Assembly: GCA_040954595.2 (NCBI GenBank)
Contig: CM082592.2
Span: 1,488,001-1,552,000, forward strand
DNA: 64,000 nucleotides
Source of the DNA: Balanoglossus misakiensis
Lineage: Eukaryota; Animalia; Hemichordata
Direction: 5' to 3'
Of the stretch, positions 1 to 12,714 are shown one piece after another. The notes beneath the pieces were generated by a model. The model did no database searches. It worked only from the letters and a program-made list of their open reading frames with translations, and had not been told where the DNA came from. The position numbers and the translations under genes are program-made. Position 1 is the stretch's first letter, and every line of letters begins with the position of its first letter.

Positions 1-375
1 AATTGGCCGAATATCGTTGACAGCTATAACCAAAAAGTAAAACTATGGTTTGAATCGAGGTGTAAGATAGATCACGACTATCCTAAACAACCAAGGACAC
101 TGAGATGTTCTGTCCCTACATCATGCACGCCAAGAAGTCTGAAACGAACATGAAATACATCAACAAAGGTGTGTGTTGATAATTTATATCAGGCAGCTTA
201 GTAATAGTGGTAGTGTAACCAAAAAAATTTTCACATAGCAAATATTTACTTTTTAGTGGAATAATAAATAAATTCCTGTATTAAAAAATATTTATTTATT
301 TATTTATCAAAAAAAATATTTATTTATTTATTTATCAGTAGATGTCCTTGTCACCATTATTTTTTTTTATTTCAG

Positions 376-1639
376 GCACTATCTCCTGAAGTTCACCATG
401 ACCCCACTGAAGATGCAAAGCATACTTCAAAGAAAAGGCTAGTGTTTCCTGTCAGCGATGGTTGTGAGCCGCCACCAAAGAAACCAAAACGTGAACTGTG
501 TGACTCTATGAGAGTGTCTTATTATAAAGACACACACATTTTGTGCCAAGACGAACTGCAGACTATTGTAAATGCCATTGAAACTCATTTAGTTAATACA
601 AAACCTGAGAATGATAACATTTTGGTTTTAAGAAAATTATTATCCATTGTTTTAAAACTATTGGGAACACTACGAGAGCTCTATGATACAAAAATAGATC
701 TCCATGAATTCAACCGATTTTTATTGAGAAAATTTGCTGGATCAGATGAAGAAATTCAATTTTGGACTGGATTCTATTCATATAATGCCCTGATGTACTT
801 TTACACAACATTCATTGAACCTCATGCAGCAAATTTGAAGTATTGGGGTACAGATAACAGCAGTGAAGATAAAGCTGATAAATGTGGTCCACGAAGGCAG
901 TTACAGCCATCTGATGAATGATTTTTAACCCTTGTTAAACTAAAACAAGGCAGTGCTAATGAGGATCTAGCAGAGAGATTTGGACTGAGTGACTCCACTG
1001 TATCTCGAATTTGGCTTACTTACCTGAAACTCATGAGACAGATCCTAGAAAAATTGCCAAAGTGGTTGAGTTCCCGAAAACAAAAAAATACATGTTAGAG
1101 AGTTTCAAACAACTATATAGTGCTGTTGTGACAATTTTAGACTGTACACAGTTTGAACTAGAAAAGGCGTCAGATTTTGAAGTACAGGCTGCATTGTACT
1201 CAGACTACAAAAGTAGATGCACTGCAAAAGCATTGGTGGGATTATCTCCATCTGGGGTCCCCAACTTTATCTCAGACCTCATGGAAGGCAGTATCAGCGA
1301 CAACTCCATCACCATGAGAAGTGGTATTTTAGAAAAACTAAAAAAAGGGGATGCCATCAAGCAGACAAGGGCTGGACTAATAAAAAAAGTCTAGCACAAC
1401 ATGGCATCCGCCTAGTAACACCACACTTCTTACGAAATAAAACACAATTTGAGATTCCAGAACTCGTGGAATCAGTTTCCATCGCGAGAGTCAGAATACA
1501 CGTTGAAATATGTATTGGTAGAATAAAGCAGTGGAAAATACTCAGTCGCAGGTTATCACTCACAGAGTGGAATGCGTTAAACGACATCTGGAAAGTGTGT
1601 GCTCATTTAATTCTTTTTTGGCCCCCAATCATGGAATAA
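376..1639 (+). pseudogene. Harbinger/ISL2EU DDE transposase, disrupted
   Basis: Motifs FWTGF, ILDCTQFELEK..QAALYSDYKSRCTAKALVGLSPSG..GSISD, ADKG and IARVRIHVEICIGRIKQWKIL are split across ORFs 442-921, 1011-1394 and 1217-1639 by a stop at 919-921 and frameshifts. Splice acceptor ttttatttcag ends at 375. Confidence 0.85.
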
Positions 1640-4600
1640 ACAAACAAATTATGAACAGAAATTCTTACCCATCTGTAATTTTTAGCAATATATAATTTGA
1701 GATCATAATTCCTGCGACGACTGAGTATTTAAGCACTGCTTTATTTACCAATAAGTCTCACCACATTGATGTAGTATTCTTGGATTTGCAAAAATGTCCA
1801 TGGAAAATCAAGTCTTTGTATTATGTCATTGACCTCTCTATGAATGTAAGGGTTAAATAAAAAGTCACTAGTGGTGCCACAACAGTGCATTTTGTACCTT
1901 GACTTAATCTTTTCTTCACTGTTGTCATACTAGCAGCAGTAACCACAATAAGAAACAAATAAGAAATGTTATGATTTTTCATCCTTATTCATTTAATCAT
2001 ACTAAGACAGTACATGTAATTCAGCTGACATGCAAAACTTTTATTTCTATTCAAAATAAATAACAATATACATACTTACAAATCTGTCTCTGCATTTTTA
2101 ATTTTGTGTATGTTTCAAGTTCATTTCCCCCAACTGTCCTTGGTAGAGCATAATCATGTTAAGTCGTGTCAGAAATACATGTATTGTGAGGTTCAATCCA
2201 ACCTACCTACCCTAAAAAAGCGAGAAATTGAACATTGAAAGTTGTACAGATTTGTTTGTTTTAGCCATGGGCCCCACTGGCTTGTGGGTAATGAGTCAGT
2301 GATTATACAGAAGTGAGCAGTCTTGGGACCCATGGCAAAAACAAACAAATCTGTACAACTTTGTATATTGAAGCCAAGTTCACTTTTGGTTACCAAAGCG
2401 TTCTGCAATCAAAGCAGGTAGAATCCAATCCTCATGAAAATTAAGTAGTTTGCTTTGAACTGTTTTCCAGAAGTCACAGTCAAATTGAATCTTGATCCAA
2501 CTAACAGGAAAGTCAACATGGGTGAATATTACAAGATAAGCCACAGTGTAGCCAGTCATTGCCATTTCCATTTGGACTTGATAATACAATTTGTGGTGTT
2601 CCTTGACGGAGATTGAATTGTTTACGATTCTAAAAGCAAAGGATCCCTCTTTTTCTTTCTTTTCTACAGCCTCCAATGGTGTGTAGGCTCTACTAGCAGA
2701 CAGACATTTTACTTCTACTACTGCTGTCTCACCATCAATCACACCCACTCTATCAGGAGATGCTGCTAACTGACCATGTTCTTTTGAAATAAATAGTCCA
2801 CATTTTCTAAGTGAAAATGATTTTCCTGTCGCACTCAACTGCTGCTCAAACTTTGTTACTGCAATGTCTTCATGATCATTGCCATATTGAATGTGTACAG
2901 ACTTTGGTCGCTGGTAAGGTTTTCCAACTATCAAACAACGTTTAACTTTATTTATGGGATTTCCACAACCACAATATTCTTTACAATTACTTCCAGTAAT
3001 TCTACCTTTATGTGCACGCCACCACACGATATTGATTTGTTGTCCTACAGATTCTTGTTCTGTCTTAAGACAGTCTTCAGGTGACAGTTTAAGTTCTTCC
3101 AGTATAATTTCCTCTGGTGTTTTTGTATATTCTTTTTCTTCCTCTTCTTCACTTTCTTCGGATGATGTTTCTAGTATTTGGTGACGACAGGTGGGGTGAC
3201 CAATAGTGGTCAGGCCAGACTTCAATCTGTTAAGGTTAAGACTTGTTTCAATTTGATCATCAGAGATTACTTGATAATTGTTATATTGATTGTTATATTG
3301 TGATTTTGATTTTTTTCTTCCAAATACATGTTTTTTAACTTTTCTTTCACCAATTTTAGTAGGTTGAGTCTCTCTCTTCTTCTTTCTAGACGGGAGGTGC
3401 CACTTTTGGGTTGTCCAGTACATGATGCAGTTTTCTCATTGTCAATGTAATCAAGTACAGCAAACAAACTGGCAGCAACATGGTTGCATTTACCACCTTT
3501 CCCAGCAACACACCCACAGTGTCCTTTAAGAATTATCCCTGTATTGCCAAATACAATTTTGGTAATGTAAGATCTGTCTTTCATACTAGCTTGAACACAA
3601 GTCCATAGATGAAAGAAATCTCCCGTTTTATTACTTTTTATTTCCTTCACGTGACCTGAACTGTAAAAGTTATATCCCTTTTTAGTGGCTTCTCAGCAAT
3701 GGGGAGTTCATATGAACTTTCAGCTTCTGAATCAGGAGTCAGCTTCTGAATCAGGAGAAGGGAGGATGACAGCCTTCCTCTTCACAAGGTATTCATAGAC
3801 ATGAGTATAGTTCAAGTTCATTGGTACATTTCGAAGATCGCTGTTCCAGTTTGCAACTTGTGGTAAGGGAATATCCGCTGTCACTGAATCCACATAGTCT
3901 TGGACAATAGCATACGCTAAACTTCCATCAGGATCTATGACGAACTTGTCAAGACCAGCATCTTTTATATCTGTTACCCTGGAATGTTGAACAATTCAAG
4001 TGTTATTTCGTAACTAATAAATGTTCAATACAGTTAGGATACTTTATTAAAAAAATATTCTTGGAAGTCTTTTTTTTTAAGTATCAATGAATTTGACCTA
4101 CATATATGGTGAGGCAGTTCCATATATAGAATGATTTATAAATATGTTCATTTGATAATGTTGCAATGTTACTTCAAGATACATGTACATGTAGTCTGTA
4201 AACGAACACTATATATATCGCATAAAAACATTACCATACTATAAAATAACGTATAATAAATAAATATAAATAAAGAACAATTGTAAAACAGAGCTATGAC
4301 TGATTTACTTTTTAAAAAAATGAGTCAGAAGTATTATTTATAACATGATTATAAATAGATTATATTTTTACTTACTTTCAGTTTCTGACCCATAGTGAGA
4401 AGAAACCCCATTCCAGTATTGAACTATCATTTGTGTAATATATAAAACATATCTATGAACAAAAAATAAACACAAGAACAAAATGAATAATGAATATTAA
4501 CAATACAAATTATATTATAAGTTACACATGCAATATCAGAAAATGATCAGCACAAATCATAGATATAAAGGTCAGGTAGCTGATGTAAATAAAATTGATG

Positions 4601-4646
4601 TAGTGAGAATAACTATATGTACCTCTGATACACATCAAACATGGTT

Positions 4647-4822
4647 TGATGCAGCAGTTAATGTAAACCCGGGGCATAGTGGGGGTTTTGGAACTTACTA
4701 AGTAGTCTTATGAAATTTGTCAAATGCCCCCCCCCCCCTGGGGCAAGACATTCTGTGAAATCACAACCATTTGTCCTGTATCGTCGAGGTGGGGTGGGGG
4801 GTTTACACTGACTGCTACATAA
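4647..4822. mobile_element. MITE in the nuclease-gene intron
   Basis: Imperfect ~22-bp TIRs atgcagcagttaatgtaaaccc / gggtttacactgactgctacat. Possible 6-bp TSD atggtt/atgttt. Confidence 0.55.
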
Positions 4823-4862
4823 ATGTTTAGAGTGTGGTAGTAAGTTTATGCATACATGCAGA

Positions 4863-4944
4863 TAGCTCTGCGTGGCAGGGCTGTGTTGTTACGGCGAGCC
4901 TCCACCCACTCGCCGTAACAACACAGCCCTGCCACGCAGAGCTA
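4863..4944. mobile_element. 82-bp palindromic MITE with TAG...CTA ends and 9-bp TSD (AcademH-like)
   Basis: Perfect 36-bp arms with a 10-nt loop, flanked by the direct repeat ACATGCAGA (4854-4862 and 4945-4953). Confidence 0.85.
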
Positions 4945-5440
4945 ACATGCAGACAGTACTACTCTAATGTCTATGGTTTATGCATGGATGTGTATGGGAA
5001 ACCCTAGAACATGCATGGTTATGTTAGTCCATGAGTATTAACGAATGTCAAATAGTAGTATTGTTGTTGCTTATACGAAATTGAAACATCTAAATGTTAG
5101 AACTTAAAAAAATGGTCAGAGATAACGAGTCTAAACCTGTTCCAATGACATACATTGTTATCATCATGAGTGACATGCAGTGATTATAATGTCAACTTAC
5201 CTCCTGACCAACGCTGCCTTTGACTCGGTTTGTCCCGCAGAAAAGCCATGGCAATGTAAATGTCTAATAAGACCAGTTGTTTGATTGTCTCCAACAACGC
5301 GCATGGGCAAAACTGCCCCCTTTACCATGTCCGGACTGAGTCTCACAAGTACGTCCGCCATTTTGGTTCAAGTAGCATCACAATATGTAGTCCAGCATGC
5401 ATTGCTTCTGAGGTTGATGACGTCATCATGAATGGGGTCT

Positions 5441-7246
5441 ATGCCCATTTAATGTGTTTTGTGTTAACCAGGCCAGAGTGGACACCCTCATGCCCATTTA
5501 ATGTGTTTTGTGTTAACCAGGCCAGAGTGGACACCCTCATGCCCATTAAATGTGTTTTGTGTTAACCAGACCAGAGTGGACACCCTCATGCCCATTATAT
5601 GTGTTTTATGAGGTCAACCTTTGCGTCAACATTAACCAGGCCTGAGTAGACACCCCCATGCCCATTAAATGTGTTTTGTGTTAACCAGGCCAGAGTGGAC
5701 ACCCTCATGCCCACTAAATGTGTTTTGTGAGGTCAACCTTTGCGTCAACATTAACCAGGCGTGAGTGGACACCCCCATACCCATTAAATGTGTTTTGTGT
5801 TAACCAGGCCAGAGTGGACACCCTCATGCCCATTAAATGTGTTTTGTGAGGTCAACCTTTGCGTCAACATTAACCAGGCCTGAGTAGACACCCCCATGCC
5901 CATTAAATGTGTTTTGTGTTAACAAGGCCAGAGTGGACACCCTCATGCCTATTAAATGTGTTTTGTGTTAACTAGGCCAGAGTGGACACCCTCATGCCCA
6001 TTAAATGTGTTTTGTGTTAACCAGACCAGAGTGGACACCCTCATGCCCATTATATGTGTTTTATGAGGTCAACCTTTGCGTCAACATTAACCAGGCCTGA
6101 GTAGACACCCTCATGCCCATTAAATGTGTTTTGTGTTAACCAGGCCAGAGTGGACACCCTCATGGCTTGCCCATTATATGTGTTTTATGAGGTCAACCTT
6201 TGCGTCAACATTAACCAGGCCTGAGTAGACACCCCCATGCCCATTAAATGTGTTTTGTGTTAACCAGGCCAGAGTGGACACCCTCATGCCCATTAAATGT
6301 GTTTTGTGAGGTCAACCTTTGCGTCAACATTAACCAGGCCTGAGTAGACACCCCCATGCCCATTAAATGTGTTTTGTGTTAACCAGGCCAGAGTGGACAC
6401 CCTCATGCCCATTAAATGTGTTTTGTGAGGTCAACCTTTGCGTCAACATTAAATGTGTTTTGTGTTAACCAGGCCAGAGTGGACACCCTCATGCCTATTA
6501 AATGTGTTTTGTGTTAACTAGGCCAGAGTGGACACCCTCATGCCCATTAAATGTGTTTTGTGTTAACCAGACCAGAGTGGACACCCTCATGCCCATTATA
6601 TGTGTTTTATGAGGTCAACCTTTGCGTCAACATTAACCAGGCCTGAGTAGACACCCTCATGCCCATTAAATGTGTTTTGTGTTAACCAGGCCAGAGTGGA
6701 CACCCTCATGGCTTGCCCATTATATGTGTTTTATGAGGTCAACCTTTGCGTCAACATTAACCAGGCCTGAGTAGACACCCCCATGCCCATTAAATGTGTT
6801 TTGTGTTAACCAGGCCAGAGTGGACACCCTCATGCCCATTAAATGTGTTTTGTGAGGTCAACCTTTGCGTCAACATTAACCAGGCCTGAGTAGACACCCC
6901 CATGCCCATTAAATGTGTTTTGTGTTAACCAGGCCAGAGTGGACACCCTCATGCCCATTAAATGTGTTTTGTGAGGTCAACCTTTGCGTCAACATTAAAT
7001 GTGTTTTGTGTTAACCAGGCCAGAGTGGACACCCTCATGCCCATTAAATGTGTTTTGTGAGGTCAACCTTTGCGTCAACATTAACCAGGCCAGAGTGGAC
7101 ACCCCCATGCCCATTAAATGTGTTTTGTGTTACCAGGCCAGAGTGGACACCCTCATGCCCATTAAATGTGTTTTATGTTAACAAGGCCAAAGTGGACACC
7201 CCCATGCCCATTAAATGTGTTTTGTGAGGTCAACCTTTGCGTCAAC
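5441..7246. repeat. Satellite with 49-bp and 70-bp unit variants (left part)
   Basis: Core ttaaccaggccagagtggacaccctcatgcccattaaatgtgttttgtg, with an optional 21-bp module aggtcaacctttgcgtcaaca. Confidence 0.95.
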
Positions 7247-10200
7247 TAAATAAGAACACGATTCTATTTGTTTGATCACTTTATGTGACAATAATAACCA
7301 AACAAGTACAGAGCAAGTACTTTTGAAATGTGAGAGAGTGTCTCACAATGCAACATGGTCGCGCATGCGCATCAACATAAGGATCGTCTATCTGCTATGA
7401 CGTAATGTTCTCTATCTCCCTCCGAGTCTTTTTTATGCTCATGAATAAAGGCTGAAAAATGTTAAATTTGTGCAAGTGAAAAAACTTCAATGGAACAAAT
7501 AGGATGATAATCCTGTGTGCACGAACAAATGTCAAAGTAACAATATAACAGTCTGATGACTATCCCATGGAGTAGTCCTTTTGCCATGTAGGCGCGTTGG
7601 TTGATCTTGTGGACCGACGTAGACCCGTTGCTATGGATGGGGGTGTTGTGTAGGGTATTGGCGGAGTATCAGCTCGCGAGGTCTCGGGGGCTGTAGTAGG
7701 CGTCTGATGAAATATGCGCCGTTGCGTAATTCTGCCAAGTGTTGCCGGTGTGACTGGACTTGGTGGTGCCATGTGATGAGGTGTTTTCACCGGTGTGGTC
7801 ACTGGGGGTGGTTCAAACCCTAAGGGTGTTGCGGGGTCACTGTTGACATCGGTCGTTGGTGGTGTTATGATGGGTGTTGGTATGGCGATGCGTGTAGCCA
7901 TGTCGTCATAGATTGATCTTGGTGGTGGTTCTTCCTTGCGAACAGGGTTGAATTTGCGCAGAAATTTCCTGTTTCGGAGTGTAACTCGGCCCGAGCCATC
8001 AATCTTGATGACGTATTGGTCATGTTGGCGTACTTCCACAATACTGCCCGTCTTGTCCCATTTGTTAGGATGGGCTACTGTCTGGTTCTGCACGCGGACT
8101 AAGTCCCCAACCGCCAGGGGTGGAAGTCGTTTGGTGTGCTCTGTCAATTTGTCTGCCATGCGGACGTGGCGTTTCCGTAGGGCCTCTTCCCTTGCTTTCA
8201 GCGTTTCCCGCCATGTCTCGTGTGGTCTGTATTTCCCTGGGACAACCAGGATGAAGTCGCGTATTGGGTGGCCTAAGACACACATTGCCGGGGAGATCTT
8301 CGTGACAGGGTCAGGTGTGTTACGATATTGTAGTATCGCTCTCTGTACGGCGTCAGTGTCAAGTTCTCCCTTCGGGCCGGTGTTGTTGGTGATGAGTCGT
8401 TTCATCGTCTTCACACCAATTTCTGCGCGGCAATTGCTGTGGGGGAATGCCACAGATGGGAGGCAGTGGTGTACGCCCCATCTGTGTAGGAATGCCCTGG
8501 TCTCGGAGGAGGTGAATTCTGGTCCCCCGTCCGATGTGAGTTCTTCTGGAGTTCCGTATGTCACGAAAGCACGGCGTAGGTGGTTTATGAGGCCAGTGGC
8601 GCCACCTGTTGACTGTGATATGATTGGCCAGTTTGAGTATCGGTCTACTGTTACGAGGTAATGTACGCCTCTGTGTGTGAAGAAGTCCGAGCAAACTGCC
8701 TGAAAAGGGTAGACAACTGGGACAGGTGGTGTAGGCGGTGCCCCGGGCTGTGATGGTGCCATTCGGTGACAGTGTTCGCAATTTTCTCGAGTGGTCTTGA
8801 TGTCAGTCGACATGCCTGGCCAGAACACCGAGGATTCTGCGCGAGCAGTCATCATTGATATGCCCTGATGGGCCGCGTGTAGGGCGTTTAACACCTCATC
8901 GTGGAGGGAGGGTGGTATGACCACTCTGTCTTTGTATAAAATCACCCCGTCTGTCGATGTGATGTGTTCGCGGTGTTGGTGAAAGTCACGAATTGTCTTT
9001 GGCATCTCAAATTTCGAGTCGGGTATGCAATCCGTTGCCATTTCCTCTAATATGTGCATATCGTTGTCGCTGCACGTGGCCTCTCTGACGCGGTCCCAGG
9101 TGACTGATCGCAGTGATTTGAGGCCTGCGGCACACCATGCTATGTCGCTCTCTACATTGTTGTGTTCATCCTCTGGTTCTGAACGCCGTAGGAGAGATAG
9201 TATTTCGGTGTGTGTGTTGGGATGACTCACTATGGTAGCATTGTCGTCCGGAAGTTTCGTGAGTGATGGCTGCGTGGTGCTGACCGGCCTCCGTGACATG
9301 GCATCTGCCGCCTTGTTTTTCATACCTGGTATGTGTACGATCCGGAAGCGGTAACGCAGGGTCTTCTCCTTGAGGTTTCTGAGGCGGGGGTTGGGTATTT
9401 CGTCCAGAGACCTGTCTGCTAGGAGTTTCAGTAGCGGTTTGTGGTCTACCGCTACGATTAAGTTCTCGCAGCCCAGTACAAAGTAGCGTGCCTTGTCCAA
9501 GGCGTCTGCGACAGCGAGAGCCTCCCCTTCTATGGGCGCGTATTTGGATTCTGCTGCATGTGTGAATCTGCTGCCGACGAGGGTTATTTTCCATCCATCT
9601 CTGCAGCAGAATGGCCTGACTGGCCTGCATGAGCAGTGTTTCTGTAGTAGCCAGAATCTAATGCCGTCCTTTGACCAGTCTGTGGCTATGCATGTTGGCT
9701 TCGTTTTGTCGAAGATGCGGACACCATGCTCTATTTCTTGGACAATTACCTCTTTTGCTTCCCGGAATATGTCTTCTAATTCCTGGGACCACTCAACACG
9801 AACACCGCTTTTCAGAAGTTTCCGGAATGGCTGCATGCGTTTCGTCATACTGAAGGCGTAAGCCACTTGGTTGACCAACCCGAACCATGATCTGATGTCA
9901 GTTATATTGCGTGGTCGTGGGAAATTGTGGATGGCCTCCAGGTAGCGGCTGCATGGTCGCACGTCAGTCATGGTAATCGTGAAGCCTGCAAAGTCCACTG
10001 TGGGTGCGCTGAAAACAAATTTCTCGGGGTTGAGGACAATTCCGTTCCGACCGCATATGTCCAGCCATTCGACTGCTTGGAAGTAGCTTTTTTCGATTGT
10101 GTCTGACCATAGTAGTGTGTCGTCCACGCACTTAATCTTGTTGCCGATGTCCGCCACTAACTCGACATATCGCCGTGAGTAGCCGTCTCCCGAGGCCATG

Positions 10201-12714
10201 TACCCATGGGGTTATGAAGGTTGTTTTGTGACGGTCATCTTCGTGTAGTGGGACACTGTGGTAACCGTTCCATGCATCGAAGATTGTTTTGCGCTTCCCG
10301 TTAGGAACACGTCTTGCTTGGTGGAACGGGGATTGTGTGTGGTGGGTTTCGCGAAATGCATGCTTGTTTAAAGCTTGGAAGTCGACGGTGCGTCTCGGTT
10401 TGCCATTCTTTTACGCACAGATCACCATGCGGTGACACCATGTGACTGGTGTGCCTATGGGTACTTCCTCCAATACGCCGAGGCGAACATCCTGATCAAG
10501 GCCAGCTTTTACTTCGTCTTGCCAGTGTACGGCCACTGGGATGGGAGTGTGGTGGGCGACAGGTGTCGCGTCCTCATCAAGCATAAGGCGAAGTGGTGGG
10601 CCAGTCATTTTTGGCAATGTTTGATGTGGGCACGTGTTGAATGTGCTTTGAGCGTACAATTCCAACAAATGTTTCTGAAGTGCCTCTCTGTTAGCCTCGG
10701 TCGCTGGCATGGGGAGTGTGGTTAGTTTAGTCGGCGGCTCTGCGCGTCGCGGGCAGTCGCATGATTCCGAACTTGCCAGGTTTACTTCGCCCAGGGTTGG
10801 GAATTTGTCTGAGATCATCCCCAGGTCGACGCATGCTGCACGGGAGAGGAATATGCGGTCTGTGGAGTCTGTCACATACGCGATTTGGCGCGTTACCAAC
10901 TTTCGAGCGTTATCAGTGTCGCCGGCGAATCTGATCACCGCGGCTCCAAGGATGCGGATCCCCTCGTTGTTTGCAGCTTTCATGGTCATGGATACTGGTA
11001 TTAGGTCTGCAGTACTCAGGCCCATTTTTTGGGCAACTTTGACGCCAATTAAGCAGCTTTGACACCCTGTGTCAGCCATGGCGGGGAGGGACACCGTGCG
11101 AGTGCGCTTCATGAGGTCAAAGCCTAGTGCTTTGTAATCTTCCCGTTCACTGGTGAGGGTGACGTTGACGTATGGCTGCGGGCTGGACACGCGTTTCATC
11201 CACTTGTCACACATGTCATCGTATAGGTGATGATCGAGGGGGAGCGTGCATAGCTCGTCATTTCTGTGGGTTGTGGTGGCTGTGCACAGTTCGGTAAATA
11301 CCGCTGTCTGTTCGTTATACACCTCATCAGTTTCATTGGGTGGGGGCCTGGCCGGTCGGCTGCTCCGACATGCCCTGTCCAGGTGATTTTGACGGCCGCA
11401 TTTCTGGCACTTTTTTCCATATGCGGGGCATTCAGTACGTCTGATGTGCCATTGAGGTGTTTTGCCATGGCCTCCCTCATTGCAATAAATGCATGGCCCC
11501 TCGGGTTTAATTTTGGGTTTTTCCGGCCCGGCTCTCTTCTCAGTGCGGATGTCCTGTTGTTTTACCCGCCGGTACGAGCTACTAATTGCGTCGCTGCTTC
11601 GGGGGTCGAGCAGGCTTGATGCGGAGCGTCTGCCAGATTCCTTGGCCTCGATGTATTCTATCATGTCCTTTAGCAGCATGTTTTGATTTTTCTCACCAAG
11701 CAGGTCAAGTTGAATTTCCTGGTCTGCTATGCCGCGGGCAATCACATCACGCAGTATTTCCTCTGCGAAGTCGTTAATTTGCTCACAACCGGCCTTGGTG
11801 CACTTCATTGTGTATTTACATGTATCTGCCTGTCCTTTAATACGGGCATGGAATGACCGAACTGGCTCTTCATGACCCTGCCGCATATTGGACAGTGCTA
11901 CCCGAGCCACCATGGTGTTTTCTGCTCGGACGGCGAGCGCCCTCATGGCCGCCAGGACGTCTTTCTCATTATTGTTTGCTAAGCTCCCACCTGCTGATCG
12001 AGTGAGATCTTTTCTGAGGTCTTCCTCACAGCATTCCAGCAGTTGTGAAACCATGTCAGGCCCGGTGAGTTTTGTACCCGTTTTGTATTCTTCCCAACGG
12101 GTTATAAAGTACGACCAGGTCTCGCTCGTTCCAGCTAGTGCTATGGTTGGGCGCCTCAATTTCTCGACCTTAGCATTCCCTCCTGGTGCATTGGGGGTTG
12201 CTGTATGTACAGTGGCGTGTATATTCAACATGGCCGCCACTATCGCTGCCTCCGTATGTGTGGCTGCATAGTCACAGTTCTCGATCGGGCATCTCGCATT
12301 TACGGGCGCCATCGGGAGAGTTTAAAATGTTCCGATTTTGGCTACTCACACGTGCGTGCACTGTTCCGAGCTGAGTACTGCTTCGCGTATACGGCGGATG
12401 TCGACGTGTCACAGTGGCTTGCTGTGGTGATATGCACAGCGACCTGTCCGTCGTCGTGGGTGCTGTTGTAGTTCACTAACTTTGCATCCAGCGTCGCCTT
12501 GTCAAGTGTCCGCAGCTCCGCTCGGTTGCTGTGGCTTGTTTGGTTATAAATAAGAACACGATTCTATTTGTTTGATCACTTTATGTGACAACAATAACCA
12601 AACAAGTACAGAGCAAGTACTTTGGAAATGTGAGAGAGTGTCTCGCAATGCAACATGGTCGCGCATGCGCATCAACATAAGGATCGTCTATTTGCTATGA
12701 CGTAATGTTCTCTA
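7247..12714 (-). mobile_element. Full-length Ty3/Gypsy (Mag-like) LTR retrotransposon
   Basis: 168-bp LTRs at 7247-7414 and 12547-12714 (4 mismatches). 5-bp TSD TCAAC at 7242-7246 and 12715-12719. Polypurine tract GGAGGGAGA next to the 3' LTR. Domain order gag-PR-RT-RH-IN. Confidence 0.95.
7560..12312 (-). pseudogene. Gypsy gag-pol polyprotein, inactivated
   Basis: Gag zinc knuckles (CQKCGRQNHLDRAC), protease ADTGCQS, RT CVDD, RNase H ATDWSKDG/YAPIEGEALA, integrase HAAHQG..CEHC..SDGGPEF. There is a TAA at 10411-10413 (ICA*KNGKPRRTVD) and a frameshifting deletion in RT between TTFITPW and YMASGDG near 10200. Confidence 0.92.

Larger units (their letters stand above)
2380..5361 (-). pseudogene. 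SAP-like + SWIM zinc finger + YqaJ (lambda-exonuclease-like PD-(D/E)xK) protein, two exons, frameshifted
   Basis: Exon 1 is 5361-5201 (MADVLVRLSPDMVKGAVLP...SKAALVR|gtaagt). Exon 2 starts at 3978. SWIM motif CGCVAGKGGKCNHVAA; YqaJ motifs GRITGS, YGNDHE, LAASPD, VEVKC, YYQVQ. A 19-bp tandem duplication at ~3720-3757 and a frame change near 3420 disrupt it. Confidence 0.85.
1..5440. mobile_element. ISL2EU-type (PIF/Harbinger-related) DNA transposon, decayed; left end lies outside the window
   Basis: Convergent DDE_Tnp_4-like transposase (+) and SAP-like/SWIM/YqaJ nuclease (-), the ISL2EU gene pair. The right end ...GAATGGGGTCT is followed by AT (5441-5442), which continues the satellite unit (ctcATgccc), consistent with an AT target. 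Confidence 0.8.

Noticed and set aside
1-5440. Prophage or viral origin of the YqaJ 'viral recombinase'
   Set aside because: The gene has a spliceosomal intron and is paired with a Harbinger-type transposase, the known ISL2EU arrangement.
7936-12471. Multiple plus-strand ORFs over the Gypsy element
   Set aside because: Antisense shadows of the GC-richer gag-pol frame with no recognisable motifs.
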